Source: Eledone cirrhosa
Lineage: Eukaryota
Assembly: GCA_964016885.1 (NCBI GenBank)
Contig: OZ024742.1
Span: 70,246,001 to 70,310,000, forward strand
DNA: 64,000 nt
Reading direction: 5' to 3'
Shown here: positions 14,570 through 29,100 of the stretch, in pieces
Layout of the letters: every line of letters begins with the position of its first letter
How positions within the stretch are numbered: the first letter of the stretch is position 1
The notes under the pieces: generated by a model
The model's input: the letters and a program-made list of their open reading frames with translations, nothing else
The model's database searches: none
What the model was told of the DNA's origin: nothing
Made by a program: the position numbers and the translations under genes

Positions 14570-17500
14570 GGTGTGGACGATATTTGTTCGCAATTTTCAA
14601 CTGCTAATTTTATGCAAATTTTTTTACTTCCGTTGACACTCTTGTCTTCATAAAAACAGTGACTATATTTCCATTATTTATTTTCAGAATAATTGATTAT
14701 GAATAATTTTGAACCTCCAAATTTGTGGAAGAGACACAGAGTTCTTCTTGGAATACATGCCGGGAGGACAAATAAGGAAATTTCAGACTTTCTCAGCGTC
14801 AGCAGGAGAATGATTGAAAAGGTCAGAAAGGAATTGGAAGATTCAGGATTCGACTACGAAGTAACATCAGAGAGGAAAACACATGAACGACGATCTGACG
14901 CCTTCAGAACGCCCGAGTTCGTCGTTGAAGTTCAGGATATCATCATCATCAATAATGAACCTAGCAAGTCGATGCGTGCCATTGCAAGGGAGAAAGGCAT
15001 GAATGAAAAGCTCATTAGGCTGGTGGTACATGAAGACATTCACTACGTTTCATACAAGATGAGGAAAGAACAATTTCTGTCAAAGGCGATGCAAGAAAAG
15101 CGACTGAAGCATGCAAAGAAGCTGATCAACAAGTTGAAACACCCACTGGAGCCAGACATGCTGTGGTTTTTCTCCGACAAGAAAAACTTCTGCCAAGACC
15201 AGAAGATCAACTCACAGAACAACAGGTGGCTCGCTGTCTCATCCAAAGACGTGCCCAGAGTCATGCAGACAAAGTTTCCAGCGACAACATTGGTCTTAGG
15301 TGTCGTCAGCAGTCAAGGTGACGTCGTGCCACCTCACTTCTTCCCTGAGGGCTTCAAGCTGAACACCGATGGCTACATCCGCGTTCTGAGCGAGGTAGTA
15401 AAGCCCTGGATCGACCAGGTAGATGCAGGTAGGCCGTACGTGTGGCAGCAAGACTCAGCATCCTGCCATACCAGCCGAAAGACCCAAGCCTGGCTGTCAG
15501 AGAACTTCGTCGACCACACTTCACCTGACATCTGGACTCCCAGCTCGCCTGACATCTGGACTCCCAGCTCGCCTGACATCTGGACTCCCAGCTCGCCTGA
15601 CATCTGGTCTCCCAGCTCGCCTGACATCTGGTCTCCCAGCTCGCCTGACATCTGGTTTCCCAGCTCGCCTGACTGCAACCCCCTCGACTTCTTTGTGTGG
15701 GGCGCAGTGGAATGAGACACCAACAGATCTAGCTGCAATACGAAAGACGATCTGAAGGCCAGGATCACAAGTGCCTTTAGGGGCCTAAGTCGGGGGACAG
15801 TGATGAAGGCCTATAGCCGGTTCCGAGGCTTCCTTGAGGCCGTCATCAAAGCCAATGGCGAGTTTATCGAGTGAGATCAAAAGAACAAGTCATGAAGACA
15901 AACTGACCCAAGTTTGATAAATATATCTTAAAAAATAAAACTACTGTTATTTTTTTCTAGACAGTAATCTTGCGAACAAATATCGTCCGCACCCTGTATA
16001 TCATCATCATCATCATCATCATCATCATCGTTTAACGTCCATATTCCACGCTTGCATGGGTTTGGACGGGAGTTTTCCCACTTGAGGCAAGAGTGGTTGT
16101 CTTGCTCACATAGGACTGTCTGGCGGGTTTTCTACGGCTGGATGCCCTTCCTAACACCAACCACATTTACAGTGTGGAACTGGGAGGTTTTTACCGTGTT
16201 ACCTACACAGCCACATTACAGCGTGGACTGTGTGTTTTTTTGTCGTGACACCTACACAACCTCATTTGTTTCGGGCTGGATGTTGTGGTACCAACATAAC
16301 TTTACATTGAAAGGGGTGGTGTGGATGGGGTGGGGGTAGTGGGACGGGGGTGTATTTTGTTAGAGGTGCCTACTGACTGTGTAGGTTTCACTTTGTACTT
16401 AGGTAAGGCGGATCTTCTCTATTACTGTGTAGCGCCAAAGATCTCGGTCCAGTGACATTGTCTTGGAGAGGTGTAAGTGTGTGAGGTCGGAATTTATCAA
16501 GTCGTCCCAGGTTTTTCTGGGTCTGCCTACTCCGTGGCTACTGTCTATTTTTATTGCCCTGCACTTTTTTATACAGCTGTCGTCTTTCATGCGCACCATG
16601 TGACCATACCAGCGTAGTCTTCTCTCGAGTAAACAACATCTGATCCCTCTTATTTCTAATTTTTTCCTTAGTTCGTTTATGCTTTGCCGTTCACGTATAT
16701 TACTATTACACAGCCAGCGGAGCATGCAAGCTTCGTTCCTCTCCAGTCTGCGTATATCCTCTGCACACAATGCCCAGGTCTCACTGCCATGTAACATTGC
16801 TGTTCGTATGCAGGCATCATACAGCCTGCCTTTCATTTTTAGGGAGAACCCTTTAGCGGCTAATAGTGGTATAAGCTCTCTGAACTTTTTCCATCCCGTT
16901 CTGACTCTAGCTACTGTACTTTCAGAGCACCCTCCCCCACTGCTGATTTTGTCACCCAGGTAACGGAAGCTGTCCACTATTTCTATAGAACCATCTGTGC
17001 AATGGAATGAGCTAGTATTCTGTGGGCACTTGCTGCTACTTATTGCACCAGAGCACCGGCCACATATAAAATCTATGTTCTTAGTTAGCTTACCTGTGAT
17101 CCCACTACATCTTTTATGCACCCATACTTTGCATTTAGGACATAAAATGGAGTTTCTACCTACTCATTTCCTACACACTGAGCATGGCCATTTCCCGGAT
17201 GGGACCAGTGCCCTATTTTCCTTCCTACAAACTAGAACTTTAGTCTTAGACAGGTTAATTTTAAGGCCTTTTGATTCTAGACCGTGCTTCCATGTTTGGA
17301 ATTTCTTCTCTAGCTCGGCCATTGATTCAGCTATGAGCGTTACATCATCTGCGTATAGGAGTTCCCATGGGCAGCCGGTCTTGAACTCCACTGTTATAGC
17401 CTGAAGGGCAATAATAAATAGTAGGGGGCTAAGAACCGAGCCCTGATGAACACCAACTTTTACGCTAAACTCTTCACTATATTCGTTGTTAATTCTAACC

Positions 17501-17781
17501 TTGCTGACTGTTTCTTTATACATGGCTTGTATAGCTCTCACAAGCCATTCGTCAACACCTAGTTTTCTAAGAGCCCACCAGATAATGGAACGGGAGACTC
17601 TGTCGAAGGCTTTCTCCAAGTCAACAAAAGCTAAGTATAGGGGTTTACTTTTAGCTAGGTACTTCTCCTGTAGTTGTCGTACAATGAAAAGAGCGTCTGT
17701 GGTACTTTTACCTGACACAAACCCGAACTGCATTTCATCTAGATCAATTCTCTCTCTGATTAGTACCTAGATCAATTCTCT

Positions 17782-17841
<60 letters not shown>

Positions 17842-20131
17842 AAACAGACTGAGAGTAAAGATAATTAGTATCTAGACAGAGAAATGACTATAAATCCAAA
17901 GCTGGAATTTCTAAGGCAGTTTGCTTTCAACTTCATTCTAGTAATTCCTGCAACTGTATTGCACTTTTCCCTTACCTTAGACAACATCAGAGACATGGAG
18001 AAGATAGATCTGCAACTGCTAGCCTTCCATACAACCTCGCCATGCCTATATTCTGGAGAGAAAACTTCAGTGTTACCTCACTGGTCTTTCAACACAGACC
18101 AAAATAAGACTTTGCAGGTGCAGATCTATAGTTTCAAGTTACCAAAGTATACAAAAAAAATGAAGAGAAAGGAGTCCTGATCAAAGACACCTGCCTATTT
18201 AATTATGAAAACATAGAGCACTCTTCTTTCACTTATTATCAGCATCCATCACTCTCTGTTACTAACCATCACCTGCTCATTTGCTTCCTCTCTTACCAAC
18301 AAACATGTAGCTGCCACCCATGTTTCTCATCTATTACTCCCTGTCATTACTGCCTCTTTTGTATTACTCCTTCCAGCACTGTCTCTCTTCCATTGCCCTC
18401 TTCTTTGGCACTCTGTCTCTCTAACCATACTCAGTTTCCTTCCATTACTCTCTCTTATTACTGTTTCACTTCCATGTACTTCTTTCTCTGCCACCTTCTC
18501 CCCATCACTCACACTGTCTCTCCCACTATACTCTCACTCATTTCCTCTCATCCTGGTTCTTCTATCATTGCTTTCTTTTCAATTCACCATCTTGGTCAAT
18601 ACTGTCTCCAATGAATGGAAACAATAGAGAGTAATGAGCACCTTTTATTTATGTGAGAGGTAATCTCACTATGGCTGGCATCATGATAAAATTCATCAAG
18701 TGTACTTTTTAAGTGCTGACTTGACTAGTGGATGTTTGGTCAATGTCCTTCTCTACTGACTATATGGTCAGTAATTTTGACAGTCCTTGCTACTACTGCA
18801 GCTATTATGTTCTGCCTCTAGGCAAAATACAGAACTCTGTTCTACTTCTATTGTATGAAAGTGTATTCATTCATAAAAGTTATCCATATATGTATGAAAA
18901 AATGTGTGTAAAATTCTAAAATTCTGAAACTATAAAGAACAATAATGAATACTTAATCATATATACATTTTTATTTTTACACACATTAAAAAATATGAAA
19001 GTGTTAGATTATAAAGAAAGATACTTAAGATTATTAGTTGCTTATGAGAGTGGTGGATTGAGAAAATCATTAGAGCATTGGAAAAAATGCTTTGCAGCAT
19101 TTGTTCTGAGTCTTTGTATTAGTTCAAATCCCATTGAGGTCAACTTGCCTTTCATCCTTCCAAGGTTGATAAAATAATATACTGATCAGATATGGGATCA
19201 ATATAATCATCTTCCTTTTCCCCTTAATATTGCTGGCCTTGTACATAAATTAGAAACCAGTATTAATTATTAGTCTGTTAGCCTTGTTAACACAAGTTAC
19301 AGATGTGTCTGTTATTTCATTTTTCTCTTAGTTTCACATCGCTAATGGGTTGAATAGAAACTACTTAGAAACAGTTTCTCCAGTTATCTTCTCTTTACCC
19401 CTTTTTTCTGACCTCTCAATGTGCTTTCTAAAGTTGACTCTGATCATAGAACATATATCTCTTAATTTTGATTTTTTTTAAATATTTTTAGGGAAAAGAA
19501 AAACTGAAAGTAAAAGTACATTGTGTCCCACAGCTGTACAATTAAAGAACTCCTCAAATATATCACAGTTGAACTCCCAATCTACCCCCAATATCAAGGA
19601 AACCCAACAAGGTGAGTTTTTTTATTATCATACTAAATTATCTCATTATATGGCTGTGTGGTTAAGAAGTTTGCTTTACAACCATATAGTTTTGAGTTCT
19701 CTCCCAACACATGGCCCACTGGACAAATGTCGTCTACTATAGCCTCAGCTTAACTATCAACATCATCATCATAATCGTTTAACGTCTATCTTCCACGCTA
19801 GCATGGGTTTAGATGGGAATTGTCCCACTTGAGGCAAGATTGGTCGGGTGACCATGTCTCACTCATATAGGACTGTCTGGCAGGTTTTCTACGGCTGGAT
19901 GCCCTTCCTAACACCAACCACATTTACAGTGTGGACCGGGAGGTTTTTACCGTGTTACCTACATGGCCACATAACACCGTGGACTGTGTGGGTTTTTTTT
20001 GTCGTGACACCTACATGACCTCATTTATTTTGGACTGGATGTTGTGGTATGCAACATAGCTTTACAGAGAAAGGGCTAATGCCTTAGAAATGAATTTGGT
20101 AGACAGACACATATATTCAATGGCTCATTGA

Positions 20132-20172
<41 letters not shown>

Positions 20173-23100
20173 GGTGGGTGGGAATGTTTTCATTTTGCTT
20201 TTGACACTCCCGAGCAGTGACATTTGTTTATGTTCCACATTAACAATATTTTCTGTGATTCAGCAGTTCAACACGAAGATTACTTAAAAATCAAGTAAAA
20301 TACTGCCTCAAAAAACTTTCACCAAACCCATGCCTTCTCTTTGAGCTACGAAAACTTGATTTTTAGTTCTTCTTCTCGCTATTTGCTATTGTTCTTCACT
20401 GCCTCTTTTCTTCTAGTCTTTGTAGTCATTCATTTTGGCTTTTATGGCTCTATTTACTGTAAAAGCTTTTCTCCGCTGTTTCACATTTCGCCAGGTTTAC
20501 ACTAGCTAGAGATTTTGTCAGTGGTTCATAATAGTCTCATTAGAACTACTTCTATTTATTCTTTATATTATAAGCATCATTTCCTCCTCCATCTCATTAT
20601 ATGACTCAAATAGAACATATTTAAGCCTATGTTTAGCAGAGGAACCTTCCAGTTTCTACATCGTATTTTTCCAGATTGTCCTATGTTTAATTTTTGTACA
20701 AAAACATGTGAGTACTTAATCCATGCTTATGCTAAAATTACATAGTGACTAGTATATGTATGTATAAGTGGTATGAAATTCATCCACATAGGTATGTATG
20801 AAAGAATAAGTGTAAAAACACTAAAATCATTGAACTATAAGCACAATAGGGAATACATCAACTTATATACATCATATATACAGTGTATATTACACTGTAT
20901 ATTTATGTGAATATTGTTAAGAAAGTTTCTTAACATTATTAGTTGCTTGTTGGATTGGCAGTATCGGTAGAGAGTCGGACACCATGCTTTGCAGCATAGA
21001 GTTACGGCCCTTTACGGTCTGAGTTCAAATCCCGTCGAGGTTAACTTTGCCTTTCATCCTTACAGGGTCGATAAAATAAAGTACCAGTGTTGCACTGGGG
21101 TAATTGCTGGCCTTGTGCCAAAGTAGAAACAATTATTAGTTGGTTCTGTTGACTAAGTTATGGATGTGTCTGTCATTTCATTTTTCTCTTTGTTTTACAT
21201 CACAATTGAGCTGAATAAAAACTACTCAGAAACTATTTTGAAACTATTGATAATAAACTGGTTGAGGCTTGCCCCTTTTCTCTTTCACCTTCCTTTGACT
21301 CCTTTATGTGTTTTAATTTTATCAACTGAAAGTTAATTGGTAAAATCATTAGAAGGGTGGTGTGTCATTAGAATATAGGAGAAAATGTTTTGCGGTATTT
21401 GTTCTGGCTCACTGCTCTCTGGGCTCAAATCTTACCATGGTCATCTTTACCTTCCATCCCTTCAGGATTGCTAAAATAAAGAACCAGTCCAGGTGGTGGA
21501 TTAGCTGAATTGTCAGAGTATTGGATGAAATAACTTACTGTATTTGTTCTGTCCCTCTCTGTTTTGAATTCAAATCCTACTGTATCCTATTTAGATGTTA
21601 GACTTAATCAGTCACCTGGTTTAACACCTTCCTTCCTTGACTAAACAGAAAAAATTCTAATTCAGATCAAGGCTGACCTATCTCATAATTTTTATTTGTC
21701 TTTCATGGCTTCAGAGAAACCTGAAAGTAAAACTACAAGCTGTTTTCCTGAACCAAATATAACATTGTTGAACACTCAGTCCATCCTTAATATCAAGGAG
21801 ACCCAACAAGGTGTGTTTTCATTATTATACTAGATTTTCTCTTTATAATTAATTATATACAAGAATGACTGACTTTCTGAAATTGACAAGATAAATTTCT
21901 TTATTAGCCACAAGGACACAAAAGAAGGGAACAAATACAATTGGGGAGTTTACATACAGGTATATGAAAATAAAACTATTAATAAAATAACAAATAACAA
22001 TTGAAATACACAATAGGGGGGAGGCGTTACACAAGGGTTGTACACACCCCGAAAAAATGTACAACCCTCATCTCCAGGAGCACCAAGAGTGAATACTCCC
22101 TTCCTCTCTTCAACTTTTTCCTCAACCTACAGGCTTATATAGAGAGAAGGCCCAACCACTCGTGCCATCTTTGCCACATTCACTCACCTTTTATAAAATT
22201 TGCTGGGGTACAGCACCTCTCTATCCATTTTGATTCTTCTTCCAAAATGATATTTTAAAAAACGAATCAGTTGTTCGCCGGAGAGAAAGGTGTCGAACCT
22301 CAGCCCTTTTAACCTCGTCCACCATATAACCTCTATAGGAAAACCGCCTCTCCTTCGTTTTTGAAGGAGGGTGGTGGTTTGATCATGACAATGGACTCGA
22401 TGGTCAACTGGATTGGTCCCACCCACGACAAAAGTCGTTCTACATAGCCCTACAGGTCGGTAACACCCGGGCAGTGTACAAATGCGTGCGCGACAGTTTC
22501 CTCGTCGCGCACACATCTCGGACAGATCTTTTTCGAATGGTCCCTGCCTGGGCGCCCGTGTCTGTAGAGCTTGTCTCGAACTGGTAGAGCTCCTTGGTAG
22601 CACTGCCATACCAGGGACTTTTCGAAGTGGTCCATCGGTCCCAGGCGGAAGGTCCTACCGAACAGACTGGCAAGTTCGTCCTCCTCTATGCCTAGAGTTT
22701 CTCCGAGCGCATCGTCGCACTTGCTGCGGACCAACCCTCTATAGAATCATGAAGTGGAGTCTCCACTGATCGCCAGGTCTGTTTGCCAGAGGACTGTGAG
22801 CGCCTGAGCACATTCGATGTGCCAGTCGCCCATTTTCCTCGGTCTTTGCTTGACCCAGGACAGCTCGGTCAGCGAGATGAGTCATGGGAAGGCTCGCCTC
22901 ACGAACAGGGCCCACACCAGTTGTCCGGTGAGGAATATGTGGAGGTACCACAGCCTGAGCGCGTGTTTGCGCATCGTCAGCCACGACATCCCCAGGCCTC
23001 TGTTTGAAGGGTGTTGGCAGCAGATGGATCTTCTCACCAAAGGAGCCCGTTTCTTCCAAAGGAATTAGAAGAGAGCGCACTCCATTTTGGTGAGCGTTTT

Positions 23101-26100
23101 GGCTGGACAAGGCACGACGGTCAAGCGGTAGTAGATGACGGATGCTATAAAAGTGTTCGCCACCTCCGCTCGACCTTTCAAGGATAGTTTGCACTCAGCC
23201 CACTTCTGGGTGAGCGCAAACACCTTGGCCGTCACCTCGTTCCAGTTCTCCACCTGGATGTCCAGACCAAACCAGACCCCGAGCAGCTTTACCAGTCCTT
23301 CCATCCAGCATCCGACGACGCCATCGGAAGGCATCGGTTTGCCTCTCCGCGTTCCGAGTTGCAAACCGACGGATTTGTCCCGGTTCAGCTTCACTCCTGT
23401 GAACCTTTCGTATTCCTTCAGTAAGGTGTCGACCTCCCCAATTTGCAAGATGCTCGACACCATTACTGTCAAGTCATCGGCGTACGCCAACGCCGCTTTT
23501 CACAGTCCCGGTTCCAAAGGGATGCCCTGCAATAGCTCCAACTTCTGCAGTAGTGGCTCGAGAGTCTGTACGTACAGATGGATCGCGTGATATGGAATGG
23601 CTCCGAGAGGTAGCCGTTCACCTTGACCCTTGCGCAGATGTTGCTGCTGTGCATTGCAGCAATTCAGCCCCTGAACACGGGTCCGAAGCCTGCCGCCTCG
23701 AGCACCGCATCCAGGTAACGATGGTCAACCCTATCGAAGCCTTAGACTGATCCAAGTTGATCAGGGCCCCACCGAAGCCGGGTTTACACCCAACCCTCTC
23801 TATGATGTATCGCATGAGGTGGAGGTTGTCGTGTATGGACCTGGTCGGGATTGCGCATGTCTGCGCTTCTCCCACCAGGTTTTTGACAACAAGCGCCAGC
23901 CTCTTTGATAACACCTTGGCCAAAATCTGTAACTCTGTGTTTAGCAGACTTATGGGCCGGAAGTTGCCTATGTCATCCCCCTTATTCTTGTCCTTCCTGA
24001 CTAATGTGACTACGCCTTTGGTTACAGAACTGGGAATTCTCCCGTTCTGCTGCCAGTTGCAGTAGACCGCTTCCGGGAGACCGGATAACAAGTCCGGCAT
24101 TGCTACGTAAAATTCGTAGGGTAGACCATCGAGACCTGGAGATTTGCGATTTCCGCATTGGCTCAGCACGTCTCCTATCTCAGCGGCCGAAATCGGTCTT
24201 TCGCAGAACTTCGCCTCGCTGTCCGAGAATCGCGGCAGGCCGTCAAGGTATGGATTGAAACCCATAGCCCCTCCCGGCACGCTGCCCTGCCCTGCCCTGC
24301 CTGAACAGTTGAGCAAAGTGCCGCTGAAAGGCCGCACACATCTGCTTTGGCTCACGTATCACGTCTCCATCTTGGTCCTTCAAAGACCGAATCATGGACT
24401 TGTTGCCACTTTTCACCTCTGTCACTCAGGCCCAGCTAACAGCTTTGGCTCCTTCGTTTCCCAGAGCACGTATTTTGCTCCTGACAACACAGCCTTCATG
24501 CTTTGCATTGAAGAACTGGTCCAAGGCCGTTCTCGTCGCTAGCACGCTGGCTATATTGCCACTCCTAAGTGCCTCTTCTACTTTATCTACCAGTTCTTTT
24601 TTGGTCTTATTTCTATCTAACACTAATTCTTTACTAAAACCTATCGAGTCAAATCTAACTGCCCTCTTGAGGGAGTACCACCATCTGTTGTTGACAATGG
24701 CCCCCGTCAAGTGCTGCTTAACTAAAGTGCTAATCCGTCTACTGTAGGCTTTGCATGTCGGTAACGACAAGTTCAGCTTCCAGTAGCCGGGTCCCTGTCT
24801 ATGGATTCTGTCAAGGTTGACTAAGCAGGTCACTAGTTTGTGATCTGAATAGGCAACCATGAACATTTGTGGACAGCTTAACATCTCCCTTTCGCTAACT
24901 CTAACTAGAAACCTATCTAGGTACGATCTAGATGTTCCGCTGTGGTTGGTCCACGTCCACAGTGGCACAGTTGGAAAATCTAGTCGATATCTATCGGCCA
25001 GTTGAAATCGGCCGATTAACTGTTTGAGGATGTTACACCCACTCTATCGGGACATGCTCCAACATAGTCCCAACTTGCATCTAGGATTCCATTCCAATCC
25101 CCCACTAACAGCAGGGAGCGGGACGTTCCCAGAAAAGTCTCTAGACGTTTGAGGAAGTCTGGCCGCGGTGTTCCGGATGGGGCATATGCGGCCACCAGCC
25201 TGAAGGCTCCACCTTCACTACCGTCAATGTCTAGGACCACCAGTCGGCCCTCTTGGTCCAGATGTATTGTCTGTGTTACGAGGTCCAGGTGTTCCCGCAG
25301 CAAAACGACAACCCCACCCCCACCTCCCGGCTGACAGAGAGATGCGTAGATCTCAAAGTCCTCGAAGATGGGGGCCAGTTGTCGCTCGCTGTGGATCCTG
25401 GACTCGTAAATGGCTACTACATCCATACTGTGCGACCTGAGGTCGTTTAAGAGTTTACCCTGTTTCCAGGGCATCCCCAGACCTTTCAAAAGGACGCAGT
25501 TATAGGGTTTGACACAGGGGTTACCTACATCGTTAGGAAATTTTTCTTTTAACTGTTTATGTGTGTCGATGGAGATCCTAATCATTTTAAGATTAGGATT
25601 CTCCAAAGAGTGTGTAAATGTTTTCTCTTCGGTCTCCACCGAAGGGTTTTTATATATGGTGTCTGTTAAAGTTTTATTGTTAGTATTTATGTAGGTGTAA
25701 CATTTTTATTGTGTTGTGTTGCTTTTTGTCTGTGGTTCTTGTGTGTGTTTACGTTTTGTAGTAGGTGTTTTGTTTTCAGGGGGCGGTGTTTTTGTTTGTG
25801 CTGTTTGCATCGTTGGTGTTTGTGTGTTTGTTGCATTTTTGTTTGTGTTATGTCTTTTCTTTTTCCTTTTTACTGGTCGGAAAGGCTCTCCCTCATCATC
25901 ACTGGGTGACGATGATGAGGCCTCATCCGTGTTGTTGGGGAGGGGTACATTTTGGGGAGCTGTTATGTGTGTGGGTGTTTCTGGAGTTGTTTTAGGTGGG
26001 GAGGGTAGGGTGGGACTGTGGTTGTCGTTTGTTTTGTTGACACTATTTTTATATGTTGTTGTTGTGGTGGTGGTGGTGATTGTTGTGCTGGTGTTGCAGG

Positions 26101-29100
26101 TGTTGGCAGTAATCCCTTTTTTGGCTAGTTAGCCGAGGACAGGAAGCTCTCAGGTGACTCCTGCTTAGGCAGTGGTAACATGAGGGCCGCCTACCCTCGA
26201 CCGAAATGTTTATGTATATAAGCCCATCCAGCAGCACACGTTCCGGGATCCTAGCTATTCGTTCTGGTGTCATTTGGACCAGAATTTCCAGGCTAGTTCC
26301 GCTGAACAGGTCGCCGGAGGACCTACCTACCGATATTATTGAGTCTTTTTCAAGGTTTAAAAATCCACATAGTACCCACCAAATATCAATATTTGGTGTG
26401 ATACTGTGGATTTTTATTTTCTGTGTGGTGAACAACGGTGACACAATTGTCGACACAGAATATTTCTGTGCCGTCAGTTGGTCTTTCATCAGAATGGATA
26501 AACTCTCGTAGAGTCTACCCTTCTGAATGAATGCAATGTCTTTTAAGGCATCTTCTAAAACCAACTCAATTTCGCCTTGTGAAAGTTGAGTCGGTTTTCG
26601 GGTTTTGTTTGAGACTGTCCTGAAAACCACAGTTTTCAAAGCAGCTTCTCTTCGCAAATCTGGGCGAGAGTTTATGGAGAATGATCTGTTCTCCCCAAAA
26701 GTTATGTACTGTCTGGCGTTATTCAAAAGCTCATTTGCATTTGAAATATTTCTGAAATTGATAAGATAGCCTAGTAAAAAGTGTTGCCCTAATCCCACCA
26801 TATTTCTGGGATTCTGTTAACTTTTTTTTTACAGTTTTACATATATTTTGCTGTGTTTGCATTGCACTATAGCATCTTAAATAAATAAAATACATTAGTT
26901 AATGTATTCACTGACTGTGGTCATGGCTAGAATACTTTTGGTCATAGATATGCTCAGCCAATGCTGACCTGAGAGTTAAACAACATAGAGGGAGATATAT
27001 AACACTTGTTAGGTAACACTACAAATGTTTGTGTATATTCAATTGATGCTATAATCTAACTAAATTTGTATATTATAAAAGATAAACAGGCTTAGTAGCT
27101 GTGAGGTTATGGTGATGGAGTATTAAACAATTAACAACAAGGTCTTAAGTTCAGTTCTTACTACAGCTGTTGTGCTCTTGTTACCTAAGCAAGACAATAA
27201 ATTCAGCTATTCCAGATTACCTGATTGAACAAAGGATAGGTTCCTCTCCTTATTTTACAGTTGAGTAATTAGTGATTTAAAAATAAAAAAGCATTTATCC
27301 AGCTGCAAAAAAACATTTGCTCAAACAAACCCCATCTATGGAAGAATGGATATAAAACAGTCAAAATACACCATTTTGTTTTATCTAGTTTTTTTTTCAT
27401 TATTTTTGATAGGTTACCTTCTTTATCTGCTTATATCTCATATATTCACAAGACAATTTGTCAATTTCAAACACTCTTCTAGAAGAAACTTAATAGAAAT
27501 GAAGCGACACTAGATGTGTGTGCGTAGGTGTGTATAGGTGTTATTTTTATAGCTAATTGCTCTATCTACCACTAATCACTTAACTACAAATGTAAGCACA
27601 GCTGAGTGGTTAAAAAATTTGCTTTGCAATCATGAGATAGTGGCTATGATCCCACTGCATGGCATCTATCATAGCCTTGTGAGTGATATTGGATAGACTG
27701 TACCTGTAAGTCAAAGGTCCAGCCTTGTCACATATTGTGTCACACTGATTCAGCTTGGGACTTACATGAAGCCTACATGTGCCTGTAGAATATTTATGCA
27801 TTAATTTACAAGCTGGGTGGTGGATTGGCAGTATCGGTGGAGGGTCGGACGCCATGCTTTCCAGCATAGTTACGTCCCTTTACGATCTGAGTTCAAATCG
27901 CGCCGAGGTTGACTTTGCCTTTCATCCTTACGGGGTCGATAAAATAAAGTACCAGTAATGCACTGGGTAATTGCTGGCCTTGTGCCTAAAGTAGAAACAA
28001 TTAATTTACAAGCTGAATGTTCAGTTGATAAAACAACTGAATGCTCATCATTAACATCATTGGAGGATCCATCAACTATGAAGAACAGAATGGAATTTAT
28101 GTTATGTTTGTAAGACAAATTGAAGAAGAATTTGAATCCTTGTTCATGGATGCAATATAATGACAATAGTAAGGTTTGTGTGAGAGATAAGTTAGTGTTA
28201 ATATGTCGATCCCTTATCTTGGCCGAACGCTTGTTTTTGAGAAATGTAATGTATTTCACCATATTTTCTTGTTCCTAGTCCATTCACATATCAGTATTAT
28301 ATCGTCCGTTTAACTTAGAATCCAATCTTTTCAATGTTATTCGATAATTCTGTCAGACCCTCGAAAACAATCTTCTACTTGTATTTAAACTCTGATTACT
28401 GTTATATGCTCGTTTGTATTTAAACTCTGATTACTGTTATATGCTCGTTTAATTATGGCCGAATTTCTAGGATTATATTATAAAATAACCTTCTAGACGT
28501 TTCGCGAAACTTCTTCCTACTCCCTTCTCTGTTTAGTTAATGTGTTTATGGTCTGATTACTGTTATATGCTCGTTTAATTATGGCCGAATTTCTAGGATT
28601 ATATTATAAAATAACCTTCTAGACGTTTCGCGAAACTTCTTCCTACTCCCTTCTCTGTTTAGTTAATGTGTTTATGGTCTGATTACTGTTATATGCTCGT
28701 TTAATTATGGCCGAATTTCTAGGATTATATTATAAAATAACCTTCTAGACGTTTCGCGAAACTTCTTCCTACTCCCTTCTCTGTTTAGTTAATGTGTTTA
28801 TGGTCATAAGGTTCCAGTTTATCATGCTGCGATTTTTCAGCCATTTTTGCCTGTATCCTTTCAATGGTTAGTACTTGTTTATTGCTATGTTCGAACTGAA
28901 CAAACATACTGACACTTATATACCTACCACTGTAGCCACACTATTTAATTTCCTTTATCACAGGTAGTCCGTATGCTGCATTGCCCCTAACTTAAATCTT
29001 GAAATTTGACTGGTACACAAAATCTTGCAAAACATACCCACTTTCTCAGACCACATAGATTTATCACATTTTTTCACAATTTATATCCGTGTTTAGATTT

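Larger units (their letters stand above)
14567..15996 (+). mobile_element. Tc1/mariner superfamily DNA transposon, DD37D (maT) type
   Basis: 27-bp TIRs CAGGGTG(T/C)GGACGATATTTGTTCGCAA; TA flanks; transposase motifs [17 protein letters not shown]. Confidence 0.92.

Noticed and set aside
15521-15673. CRISPR-like array
   Set aside because: Contiguous coding repeat without spacers inside a eukaryotic transposase.
18230-18614. Short ORFs in a pyrimidine-rich tract
   Set aside because: Low complexity, with no splice or domain support.
25709-26132. Hydrophobic Cys/Val-rich ORFs
   Set aside because: Antisense of the CA-rich low-complexity Tx1 ORF1 tail. The ORFs at 36978-37459 are similar low-complexity antisense artefacts.
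26749-26801. ATG start of Tx1 ORF1
   Set aside because: Lies in the TSD and flank outside the element; read-in by chance.
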